Source: Candidatus Zixiibacteriota bacterium (GTDB taxonomy: Bacteria; RBG-13-66-14; B26-G2; WVWN01). From it: 64,000 nucleotides of DNA. The first letter of the stretch is position 1, and the number at the start of each line of letters is the position of its first letter. The stretch covers positions 284,845-348,844 of the forward strand of contig JASFLY010000001.1 in NCBI GenBank assembly GCA_050117845.1. The letters are read 5' to 3'. A program made the translations under genes and the position numbers. Below are positions 8,312-16,889 of this stretch, piece after piece. The notes under the pieces are model-generated. The model saw nothing but the letters and a program-made list of their open reading frames with translations. It did no database searches and had not been told where the DNA came from.

Positions 8312-10093
8312 TTAGGACAACACCCCTTCGATCTCGGCTAATACCTGCTCGTTCTTGAAGTGGCGCTGGTTGGCCGCGCCGGTGGTGCAGGCCGCAACAC
8401 AAGTTCCGCATCCCTTACATAACGCCTCGTTGACGACGGAAACGCCCTTCTCCTCGTCGAACGAGATAGCGGTGTACGGGCACAGGCCGATGCAAATCTT
8501 GCACCCGCAGCACACGTCCTCATCTATGACCGCCGTAATCGGCTCTATCTCGACGAGGCCCTTGTCCATCAGCGACAGCGCCTGCGCCGCCGCCGCGGAA
8601 CCCTGGGCCACCGAGTCCGGAATATCCTTGGGACCCTGACACGCGCCCGCCAGGAATACGCCGTCGGTCGTCGTCGATACCGGCGCCAGCTTGGCGTGCT
8701 TCTCCTGGAAGAAGCCCTCCGCGCCGCAGCCGATGCCGAAGGTCCGGCGCACGTCCTCCGCGTCCGGCTGGGGCTCGAGGCCCGTGGCCAGCACGACCAT
8801 GTCCACCGGTACGCGACGGTACGCGCCGATTAGCGTATCCTCGCAGCAGACGACAAGCTTGCCCTCTTCCTCCACCCGCTCGGCGACGTTCGTAATCTCG
8901 GCGCCGCGGCCCCGGACGAAGTATACGCCTTCCTCGAGCAGGCGGTCGTAGAACTCCTCGTACCCCTTGCCGAAGGTCCGCATGTCGATGTAGAACTGGT
9001 GAACGTCGACGTCGGGGAGGTGTTCCATTATCAGGTGGGCCTGCTTGAGCGAGTACATGCAGCATACCCGCGAGCAGTAGCGGTTGTAGTTTTTATCGCG
9101 GGAGCCGACGCAATGGAGAATCGCGATAGAACGCGGGTGGTCGCCGTTCTCCAGGAGGATATCGCCTTCCGTCACGCCGTCGGCGCGCGTCATCCGCTCG
9201 AACTCCATGGAACTGATGACGTTGGGCAGACGGCCGTAACCCAGCTCGACGACGCGGCCGGGGTCGAAAGTCTTGAACCCGGTCGCGACGATAATCGTCC
9301 CGATGTCGAGTTCGACCTCCTCCTCCTGGGCGTCGAGGTTAATGGCCTCCTTGGGGCAGACGTCCTCGCATACGCGGCAGGCGTCGAGGCCCTTCTCGGC
9401 CTGGATGAAGTGGATGCACTCCGAGGTCTCGACGTAGGGCACGTTCGGCACGGCCTGTTTTATCGGGACCTTTATGGCCGAGTTGGGCGAGAGTTTCAAT
9501 TCATCGTGAACTACCTCGCGGCCCAGGCGATCGACGGCGGTGATGGCGCCGGTGGGACACACCGAAGCGCACGCGCCGCACGAGATGCAGTTGTCCGAGG
9601 GCCGGCCGTACGGGGGGGCTACCTCCGCCTCGTGGCCGCGCTGGACGTAACCGATGGCGTACGCCTTGACGCGCTGCTCGCAAACGCGGACGCAGAGGCC
9701 GCAAAGGATGCACTTGTGCGGCTTGTCGTCATCGTGCCCCGCGGCGAAGCGCGAGTGCTCGACGCCGTACTCCTTCGCCATCTCGTGCAGGACCTCGGCG
9801 TCGGGGGCTTGCGCCAAAAGCAGCTCCAGCACCATCCGGCGGGAACGCATGACGTCCTCGTCGTCGGTGACTACTTCCATACCGTCCGAGGCCGGGAGTA
9901 CGCACGAGGCCGTCAGCCGGGGCGCCCGGCCGGGCTCGGTCACCTTAACCTGGCAAATGCGGCACGACCCGTGGGGCTCGAGGAAATCCACGTGGCATAG
10001 CGTGGGAACGTCGAAGCCCGCGGCCCGGCACGCCGCGAGGACGGTAGCGCCCTCTTCCAGCTCGACCTTTTTGCCGTTAACGGTAACGTTCAT
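8312..10093 (-). CDS. Fusion of a NuoG/HydA-like N-terminal Fe-S domain and the C-terminal half of HdrA
   Basis: PTLC..GSCRIC..TASC [2Fe-2S], CILCGLCVRVC, CISCGACASVCP; then QAVPNVPY..CIH..CRVCEDVCP, IIVATGF, LHCVGSRD..YCSRVCCMY, GACQGPKDIPDSV and a terminal ferredoxin. Confidence 0.9.
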   Translation of the reverse strand: MNVTVNGKKVELEEGATVLAACRAAGFDVPTLCHVDFLEPHGSCRICQVKVTEPGRAPRLTASCVLPASDGMEVVTDDEDVMRSRRMVLELLLAQAPDAEVLHEMAKEYGVEHSRFAAGHDDDKPHKCILCGLCVRVCEQRVKAYAIGYVQRGHEAEVAPPYGRPSDNCISCGACASVCPTGAITAVDRLGREVVHDELKLSPNSAIKVPIKQAVPNVPYVETSECIHFIQAEKGLDACRVCEDVCPKEAINLDAQEEEVELDIGTIIVATGFKTFDPGRVVELGYGRLPNVISSMEFERMTRADGVTEGDILLENGDHPRSIAILHCVGSRDKNYNRYCSRVCCMYSLKQAHLIMEHLPDVDVHQFYIDMRTFGKGYEEFYDRLLEEGVYFVRGRGAEITNVAERVEEEGKLVVCCEDTLIGAYRRVPVDMVVLATGLEPQPDAEDVRRTFGIGCGAEGFFQEKHAKLAPVSTTTDGVFLAGACQGPKDIPDSVAQGSAAAAQALSLMDKGLVEIEPITAVIDEDVCCGCKICIGLCPYTAISFDEEKGVSVVNEALCKGCGTCVAACTTGAANQRHFKNEQVLAEIEGVLS

Positions 10094-10115
10094 AATGGGA
10101 CGACTCCTTTAGCCG

Positions 10116-11972
10116 TTATTGACGGGCTATGGCCTCGTAGTTACATACGTCGTAACAGGCGGCGCACTTAATGCACTTGGCGGCGTCGAGGACGTGGGGT
10201 TGGTCCTTCGTCCCCCTGATGGCGTCCTCGGGGCAAACCTTGACGCACGCCCCGCACCCCGTACATTTATCCTTCAATATAGAGTAAGTGACCAGCGCTT
10301 TGCATATTCCCGCCGGGCACTTTTTATCCCGAATGTGAGCCTCGTACTCGTGGCGGAAGAAACGCAAAGTCGAGAGTAGCGGGTTGGGGGCGGTGTTGCC
10401 CAGCGCGCACAGCGCCGTTTCCATGACGGTCTGGCCCAACTCCTCCAGGAGTTCGATGTCGCCCTCCTGGCCCTCGCCCTTCGTTATCCGCTCGCAGATG
10501 TCGTGCATCTGCTTTACGCCCTCGCGGCAGGAGGTGCACTTGCCGCAGGACTCCTCCTGCAAAAAGTCGAGGAAGTAACGCGCGACCTCGACCATGCAGG
10601 TGTCGTTGTCCATGACGATCATGCCGCCGGACCCCATCATCGATCCGGCCTTCGTCAACTCGTCGAAGTCCACCGGGATGTCGAGTTCGGACTCGGGCAG
10701 GCAGCCGCCGGACGGGCCGCCGGTCTGCACCGCCTTGAACGTCTTCTTCTTGGGAATCCCGCCGCCGATGTCGAAGACCACCTCGCGCATCGTTATGCCC
10801 ATCGGGACCTCGACCAGGCCGGTATTGTTGACGTTGCCGACCAGCGAGAAGACCTTCGTGCCCTTGCTCCCCTCGGTGCCGATGCCGGCGAACCAGTCGG
10901 CGCCGCGGTCGATTATGACCGGGACGTTGGCCCACGTCTCGACGTTGTTGATGATGGTCGGTTTGCCGAAGAGGCCCTTCTCGGCCGGGTAGGGGGGACG
11001 GGGCCGCGGCATGCCGCGCCGGCCTTCGATGGAGGCCAGAAGCGCCGTCTCCTCGCCGCAGACGAAAGCCCCCGCGCCGCGGTTTATCTTGACGTCGAAG
11101 CTGAAGCCCGAGCCCATGATATTCTCGCCCAAAAGGCCCGCCTCGCGCAAGTTGTCGAGCATTATCGTGAGGTTGTCCACGGCCAGCGGGTACTCCCGCC
11201 GCACGTAGACGTACGCCTGGTGCGCGCCGATGGCGAACGCGCCGATGGTCATCCCCTCGATGACGCGGCCGGGGTTCCCTTCCAGGATACTCCGGTCCAT
11301 AAACGCGCCCGGGTCGCCCTCGTCGGCGTTGCATATAATATACTTCTCGTCGCCGGCGACGCCCCGGCAGATTTCCCATTTCCTGCCGGTGGGGAACCCG
11401 CCGCCGCCGCGGCCTCGGAGGCCCGATTTCAGGACTTCGCTTATAACGTCCTCGGGCGACATGCCGCCGAGCACCTTGGCCAGCGCTTTATATCCGCCCA
11501 CCGCCAGGTAATCCTCCAGGCTACGCGGGTCTATAAAGCCGTTGTCCGAAAGGACGATGCGCTGTTGGCCGCGGTAGAAGGCGATGTCGTCCTCGGCCTT
11601 TATCTTTTCCTTGGTGACCGGGTCGCGATAAAGCAGGCGCTCTATTATCTCGCCGTTGCGCACCGTCTTCTCGATGATGTCCGGCACGTCCTTGGGCTTC
11701 ACCCGGCGGTAGAAGATGTTCATGGGCCGGATGACGACCATGGGCCCCTGCTCGCAGAAGCCGTGACAGCCCGTGGCGCGGAACTCTATGGAGTCCTTGA
11801 GGCCGTTCTTCTCCAGCTCGCTGATAAACGCCAAGGCGACGGCGGGGCTGCCGTTGGCCGAACAGCCGGTCCCGGCGCAGAGCGAGATAGAGGTCTTGTC
11901 GGTCCCGCGGCCCGCGAGGATTTCCGCTCGCGCCGCTTCCAACTCATCGGGAGTTTTGACCGAGATCGTCAT
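10116..11972 (-). CDS. nuoF: NADH/FMN-binding subunit, NuoF/HydB family
   Basis: GLRGRGGGGFPTG, NADEGDPGAFMD, GAFVCGEETAL, CGKCTSCREG; N-terminal thioredoxin-like [2Fe-2S] and C-terminal 2x[4Fe-4S]. Confidence 0.93.
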   Translation of the reverse strand: MTISVKTPDELEAARAEILAGRGTDKTSISLCAGTGCSANGSPAVALAFISELEKNGLKDSIEFRATGCHGFCEQGPMVVIRPMNIFYRRVKPKDVPDIIEKTVRNGEIIERLLYRDPVTKEKIKAEDDIAFYRGQQRIVLSDNGFIDPRSLEDYLAVGGYKALAKVLGGMSPEDVISEVLKSGLRGRGGGGFPTGRKWEICRGVAGDEKYIICNADEGDPGAFMDRSILEGNPGRVIEGMTIGAFAIGAHQAYVYVRREYPLAVDNLTIMLDNLREAGLLGENIMGSGFSFDVKINRGAGAFVCGEETALLASIEGRRGMPRPRPPYPAEKGLFGKPTIINNVETWANVPVIIDRGADWFAGIGTEGSKGTKVFSLVGNVNNTGLVEVPMGITMREVVFDIGGGIPKKKTFKAVQTGGPSGGCLPESELDIPVDFDELTKAGSMMGSGGMIVMDNDTCMVEVARYFLDFLQEESCGKCTSCREGVKQMHDICERITKGEGQEGDIELLEELGQTVMETALCALGNTAPNPLLSTLRFFRHEYEAHIRDKKCPAGICKALVTYSILKDKCTGCGACVKVCPEDAIRGTKDQPHVLDAAKCIKCAACYDVCNYEAIARQ

Positions 11973-12466
11973 GCCGCTTTAACCTCCTCGGCTGCGCTGG
12001 CCGCTTCCTTCTTCAAATCCGCTACGAGAGCGGCCGCCTTGCTGGTCGTCAGATGGCCGTGGTATTCTTCGTTTATGATGATAACGGGACCCAAAGCGCA
12101 AGCGCCGACGCAGTGAACGCTCTCGATGGAGAAGTTGCCGTCGACGGAGGTCTCGCCCGGCACCACGCCCACGTCTTCCACGATCCGCTCCAGGATTCCC
12201 TGGGCGCCCCGTACGATGCAGGCCGTGCCGGTGCACACCTTGATGTGAAACCGCCCCTGGGGCGAACCGGAAAAAGCGTTGTAAAACGTAGAGAGACCCA
12301 AAAGGCGCTCCAGCGGCACGTTCAACCGTTCGGAGGCCATGATGAGAACGTTCTCCGGAACGTAGTTGAACTCGTCCTGGATATCCAACAGGAGCTCCAC
12401 CAGACTTACGTCCCTTTGCCGGAAGTTCTCTACAAGCGTCTCGGCCCGTTCCATGTCTATAGCCAT
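11969..12466 (-). CDS. nuoE: [2Fe-2S] subunit, NuoE/HydC family
   Basis: VCTGTAC...CVGACALGP. Confidence 0.92.
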   Translation of the reverse strand: MAIDMERAETLVENFRQRDVSLVELLLDIQDEFNYVPENVLIMASERLNVPLERLLGLSTFYNAFSGSPQGRFHIKVCTGTACIVRGAQGILERIVEDVGVVPGETSVDGNFSIESVHCVGACALGPVIIINEEYHGHLTTSKAAALVADLKKEAASAAEEVKAA

Positions 12467-12506
12467 ATCGTATCCTCCCGCAACCGCGGTGTTGGCCTGC
12501 CGCGAA

Positions 12507-13409
12507 CTACTCGCCGGCCGCGGCCCGGATTTTTTCCTTCTCTTCGAGTTTCTTGGCCTTGATAGTAGTGCCCTCTATCGCGACGATGAGTTTGGACGGG
12601 TACGGGATGCGCGGGCATTTCTCCATGCAGTCGCCGCAGCTGTTGCATTTCTCTATGTCCACCCGCCGCGCCTTCTTCTTGACGGTGACCTTGAAGTTGC
12701 CCACGAAGCCGTCAACCTTCGTGACCTCGGAGTAGGTCAAAAGCTCGATGTTGGGGTGCACGCCGACGTCCACCATCTTGGGCGTCAGGATGCAGGCCGC
12801 GCAGTCGAGCGTCGGGAAGGTCTTGTCGAACTCCGACATGTGGCCGCCGACGCTGGCCTCGCGCTCCACGAGGAACACCTTCTTCCCCGAGTCCGCGATG
12901 TCCAGGGCCGCCTGGATGCCGGCGATGCCGGCGCCCACGACGAGCGCCGTCGGCTTGACCTCCACCACCGTGGGGGTCAGCGGTTCCTGCAGCGCCACCC
13001 GCCGAATCTCGCCGCGGATAAGCTGCTTGGCCTTTTCGGTGGCCAGCTTCTTGTCCGTCGAAACCCAGGAGACGTGCTCGCGGATGTTGGCCATCGCGAA
13101 CAGGTAGGGGTTGAGGCCCGCTTCCGCGCAGGTCCGCCGGAACGTCCGTTCGTGCATCAGGGGCGAGCACGAGGCGACGACGACGCGGTTCAGGTTGTGC
13201 TTCCGCACGTCCTCCCGGATGAGGTCCTGGCCGGGGTCGGAGCACATGAACTGGTACTCCTGAGCCACCACGACGTTCGGCATCGTGGACGCCTCCCGCA
13301 CCACTTCCGGGACGTCGACCATCCCCAGGATGTTATGCCCGCAGTGGCATACGAATACGCCGATCCTGGGCTCTTCGTTCTCGCCGGTTTGGGTTAACTC
13401 TTCCGCCAC
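12507..13409 (-). CDS. hdrA: Heterodisulfide reductase subunit A, N-terminal half
   Basis: VFVCHCGHNI, FMCSDPG, VASCSP, VVGAGIAG, DKTFPTLDCAACIL; ends with TAG shortly after CNSCGDCMEKCP. Confidence 0.9.
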   Translation of the reverse strand: MAEELTQTGENEEPRIGVFVCHCGHNILGMVDVPEVVREASTMPNVVVAQEYQFMCSDPGQDLIREDVRKHNLNRVVVASCSPLMHERTFRRTCAEAGLNPYLFAMANIREHVSWVSTDKKLATEKAKQLIRGEIRRVALQEPLTPTVVEVKPTALVVGAGIAGIQAALDIADSGKKVFLVEREASVGGHMSEFDKTFPTLDCAACILTPKMVDVGVHPNIELLTYSEVTKVDGFVGNFKVTVKKKARRVDIEKCNSCGDCMEKCPRIPYPSKLIVAIEGTTIKAKKLEEKEKIRAAAGE

Positions 13410-13425
13410 GGTATTTACCTCCGGC

Positions 13426-14307
13426 TTAAATTATTTTCGCCAACAAGGCGTCGGCGGATACCCGATGTTTTTTCAAGTCGAGTTCTTCGGGCGATAGACC
13501 CAACGCGAGCCCGACGACCTGGGTGAAATATAAAATCGGTATATCGAATTCCTCGTTCCAGTACTCGCCCGCTTCCTTCTGGAAGTTGTCGAGGTTGAAC
13601 TGGCACAACGGGCAGCAAGTAACGATGGCGTCGGCGCCGCCGGCCTTCGCGGTCTTGAGCAGAAGGCCGATCATCCGGGCCGCTATCTCGGGCTGGGTGG
13701 TGATGAAGGTCCCGGCGCAGCACTTGGTCTTGACCGGATAATACGCCACCTGGGAACCGAGGAGCTTGAGGTAGTCGTCGAACTTGTGGGGCTGTTCCGG
13801 CTCGTCGAAGTCGTTCTTGGGCCGGACTATCTGGCAGCCGTAGTACGGCGCCAGCGTCGCCATACCGAGGTCCTTGACTATCTTGTCCTGGAGCACTTCC
13901 GGCGGCACGTCGTTGATGTAGACGTCGAGGAGGTGCCGTACCCGGGCGCGGCTTTCGTAGTGGTACCCCGCCGCTTCCAGCGCCGTGTTGACGCACTCGC
14001 GCAACTTGGGGTCCTCGGCCATGTAGTGCACGGCGTTGTTGAGGACCGCGAAACAGGCGCTGCACGGCGCCGTGATGTCCACCTTGCCGTTCCCCGAATC
14101 GCGCTCGGCGATGGCGAGGTTGCGGCTCGCGACCGAGAACGCCTCGACGTGGTCGTACGACATATAAGCGGTCGCGCCGCAGCAGTTCCAATCCTCTATC
14201 TCCTGCAACTCGACGCCCAACAGCGGGGCCGTCAGCTCGACCGACGTGCGGTAAGGTTTGCCGGTCGAGTCCAGGGAACATCCGGGGTAGTAAGCGTATT
14301 TTGTCAT
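13426..14307 (-). CDS. hdrB: Heterodisulfide reductase subunit B
   Basis: YYPGCSL, DWNCCGA, APCSAC, YYGC, CCAG, CCPLCQFNLD (two CCG domains). Confidence 0.93.
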   Translation of the reverse strand: MTKYAYYPGCSLDSTGKPYRTSVELTAPLLGVELQEIEDWNCCGATAYMSYDHVEAFSVASRNLAIAERDSGNGKVDITAPCSACFAVLNNAVHYMAEDPKLRECVNTALEAAGYHYESRARVRHLLDVYINDVPPEVLQDKIVKDLGMATLAPYYGCQIVRPKNDFDEPEQPHKFDDYLKLLGSQVAYYPVKTKCCAGTFITTQPEIAARMIGLLLKTAKAGGADAIVTCCPLCQFNLDNFQKEAGEYWNEEFDIPILYFTQVVGLALGLSPEELDLKKHRVSADALLAKII

Positions 14308-14894
14308 GACCGCATCGCCGCCCCTTCACGACACTTATCGGTGATCTTGCGGACGTCGTCCGTACTCTTCGACTTTTTGGGGATAAGCTCCAAACGGCCG
14401 GTGGTGAACAGGCTGAGCCCCATGCCGGTGTACTTGAGCGCCGAGAAGATGTTCGTGGACAGGAAATATTTAACGAGGAGCCACATCTCGTTGCTGCGGC
14501 CGAGCCAACGGACGTTACCGGCGAACTTCTTGGCCAATACCTGCGCCCGCCGCGAGGCCGGATTCTCGTAGCCTTCGCGCATCGCCATTTGCTTGAGTTT
14601 GTAGAAGAAGTCGGTGAGCTTGATTTCCTTGGGGCACTTCACGTAGCAGGAATAGCACGAGGCGCACATCCAGATCATGTTGCTCGCCAATACCTGTTCC
14701 CGGTATCCGGCCCGAATAAGCGCCATTATCTGGCGGGGAGAGTAGTCCATGTCGCGCGCCGTGGGGCAGGCGCCCGAACAGGTCCCGCACTGGATGCAAG
14801 CGCCTACGGCCTCCCCGCCGGGCATCGCGAGGATCTCCTTCAGAAAATCCGGGTCCGGCGTCTCGCGCCAAATCGCTTTGCTTGTATCGGCCAT
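14304..14894 (-). CDS. hdrC: Heterodisulfide reductase subunit C
   Basis: CIQCGTCSGACP and WMCASCYSCYVKCP; adjacent to hdrB. Confidence 0.92.
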   Translation of the reverse strand: MADTSKAIWRETPDPDFLKEILAMPGGEAVGACIQCGTCSGACPTARDMDYSPRQIMALIRAGYREQVLASNMIWMCASCYSCYVKCPKEIKLTDFFYKLKQMAMREGYENPASRRAQVLAKKFAGNVRWLGRSNEMWLLVKYFLSTNIFSALKYTGMGLSLFTTGRLELIPKKSKSTDDVRKITDKCREGAAMRS

Positions 14895-15024
14895 ATGGCC
14901 TCCTCTGATGATTTAACGAACCGTATTCCCTTTCAGGCCTGCCGCACGTTCACACCCGGCGCGGCGTCCGACCGGTGCGGCTGGACGCCGTACAAATAAA
15001 GAAGCCGGGGTTGATCCGTTATTA

Positions 15025-15531
15025 TTACTCCCCACCTAACAATATCGCGAATTCGACCGTAGTGCCTTCTCCGACAACGGAAGTTATTTTCAAGTAATCC
15101 GAGTTCTCTCTTATATTGGGGAGTCCCAGGCCGGCCCCGAAGCCCATCTCGCGCACTTCCGGCGTCGCCGTCGTCCAGCCCGGTTGCATCGCCTGTTCTA
15201 CGTCCGGTATCCCGGGGCCCCGGTCCCGCACGACGACGTAAATACAGAGCGGCGATATGCGGGCCGTTATCGTCCCCTCATCGGCGTATACCGTAACGTT
15301 TACTTCGGCTTCGAAACAGGCGACCGCTATACTGCGTACTATCTTGGGCGGAATGGCGAGTTTCTTTATGACTTTCTTTATCTCGCTCGCCCCGGCGCCC
15401 ACTCCGCTGAAATCCCGCCCCACGATTTTATGGGTTACTTCCAGCGCCTCGCTGGCCGGCCCCCGCCCGCACTCCTCTATCTTCTGCGGGTCAATGCCTT
15501 CCTTTTTCCAGATGAATTCGCGCCGGCCCAT
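15025..15531 (-). CDS. RsbT-like anti-sigma factor / Ser-Thr kinase (HATPase_c)
   Basis: EAEVNVTVYA, DRGPGIPD, GFGAGLGLPNI. Confidence 0.85.
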   Translation of the reverse strand: MGRREFIWKKEGIDPQKIEECGRGPASEALEVTHKIVGRDFSGVGAGASEIKKVIKKLAIPPKIVRSIAVACFEAEVNVTVYADEGTITARISPLCIYVVVRDRGPGIPDVEQAMQPGWTTATPEVREMGFGAGLGLPNIRENSDYLKITSVVGEGTTVEFAILLGGE

Positions 15532-15540
15532 ACGCCCCGA

Positions 15541-15915
15541 TTACTGGGGAGGACTCGGGGGCGAATAAACGCCGCTCTTGGCTCCCAGGGCGTAAACCAA
15601 ACCGGACGCTTCGAACATCGTCTTCGCCGAGCGCAAAATCGGTATACCCATATCCCGGACACCCTCCACCAGCTCCGGATCGGGCACCTTATCCCGGACG
15701 AAACATATCCCGGCCAGGTCCAGCATGTCCGCGGCGCGGAGTATCTGGATCTTCGCGAGGCCGGTTATAAGGAAGGAAGCATCGTCCCGACAGCACAGTA
15801 TATCACTAACGAGGTCGGACGCTATGACGACGCCGACCTCGCGGTCCAATAAATCTTCGCCGGCTAAAACTTCGGCTTCTAATGCTTCTACGATATCGCG
15901 GATAGTAACGGTCAA
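15541..15915 (-). CDS. DRTGG-domain protein
   Basis: ASDLVSDIL, ITGLAKIQILRAADMLD, TMFEASGLVY. Confidence 0.8.
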   Translation of the reverse strand: MTVTIRDIVEALEAEVLAGEDLLDREVGVVIASDLVSDILCCRDDASFLITGLAKIQILRAADMLDLAGICFVRDKVPDPELVEGVRDMGIPILRSAKTMFEASGLVYALGAKSGVYSPPSPPQ

Positions 15916-16039
15916 CAGCGGGGACCTCGGCTTATGGGGAGTAGACTATTTGCAATATTTTTCACAGAGTTGAGTATTACCAATGCTTAAAAAAGTGTTA
16001 CTCGTTACTATTCACTGTAAGGGGGAGAATTGGGAGGAA

Positions 16040-16068
16040 AGTTTAAAAGATGGATATTCAAATGTCAA
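16040..16068 (-). promoter_or_regulatory. Sigma70-type promoter of the hdr/mvh operon
   Basis: TTGACA-17 nt-TAAACT on the minus strand. Confidence 0.7.
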
Positions 16069-16448
16069 GGGTTTTTTTCCCGAAGGCCAAGCGACATATT
16101 ACTTCCTAATTGCGAAGCGGCGGGCTTTAAGCCCGCCGCTATTTTATACGCGAAAGCCCGGCCCGTGGCGAACGAGACCCGGCGTAAACACGCACGTGAA
16201 AAGGCCTAAACCCGAAGCCGAAGTCCCGTTGGCTGCCTACCGTCTTCGCCGTCGCCCCACGACCTTCTTCGACGTTCGCCGTTATCTCCCATTAATACGG
16301 CGTTCCTTCGCGCCGATTGTCACCGCGGACCTCCCCTATTAACTCGCGACCGGCGGCGGCCTTTAAGGCCGCCGCTCCACGGTCGATAACGCGTCCCACG
16401 GCTCACCCGGAATACGACGCCGTCGCGCCGATAGCCGCGTCTTTAACC

Positions 16449-16477
16449 TTGCGCCGCCCCTTCGGCCTCGGTATACT
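16449..16477 (+). promoter_or_regulatory. Sigma70-type promoter for 16516-16791
   Basis: TTGCGC-17 nt-TATACT, followed by RBS GGAGGAGG (16503-16510). Confidence 0.5.
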
Positions 16478-16515
16478 TAAACCGGTTCACACTTCCGGTA
16501 TTGGAGGAGGCACAC

Positions 16516-16791
16516 ATGACACGCGTAATAGTAATAGTTTTAATTCTCGCGACGGCCGCGGCCGCCCTGCCCGGCCCCGCCGAGGACGGTTGATGCGAGT
16601 CGGACACCGGCGAGGTGATCCGTTACGTCGGCCTGGCCGCAGTCGTCGGCGTGGGCGTTTTAATCGCGTATCTTCTATCCCGCCAGGGAACCCCCGAACC
16701 CGAGGCCGAGGAACCCGAAGAAGCGGTCCCGCCGGAAGAGACGGCCCCCGACCCCCAGGACGCGCCGCCCCCCGGGAACGAGAACGAATGA
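16516..16791 (+). CDS. Putative 91-aa exported/membrane selenoprotein with a U-C motif (in-frame TGA at 16591-16593)
   Basis: Strong RBS; MTRVIVIVLILATAAAALPGPAEDG-TGA-CESDTGEVIRYVGLAAVVGVGVLIAYLLSRQGTPEPEAEEPEE...NENE; hairpin directly after the TGA. Confidence 0.55.
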
Positions 16792-16815
16792 CCCATACGG
16801 TTTTAACCCGGAGAA

Positions 16816-16840
16816 AACCGGCCGGTACTCCCGGCCGGTT
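16816..16840. terminator. Hairpin between convergent genes
   Basis: AACCGGCCGG-TACTC-CCGGCCGGTT perfect inverted repeat. Confidence 0.55.
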
Positions 16841-16889
16841 CCACTATAATACCCGAGACGAAATCCGTTTCGGTTACGATTAAAAATTA

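Noticed and set aside
10503..12116. Long antisense or alternate-frame ORFs (also 5391-6671, 31818-33314, 42260-44272, 46665-48182, 48745-49800)
   Set aside because: These are shadow ORFs expected opposite real genes in GC-rich DNA and carry no recognisable motifs.
12457..12648. Frameshift or readthrough rejoining the HdrA halves
   Set aside because: The C half is ~2.4 kb away behind two intact genes and is fused to its own N-terminal domain; the alternative-frame ORF has no HdrA similarity.
15983..16883. ORF-track calls 15983-16342 and 16317-16883
   Set aside because: They overlap promoters and palindromes, lack an RBS and are not protein-like; the frame starting at ATG 16516 explains the region better.
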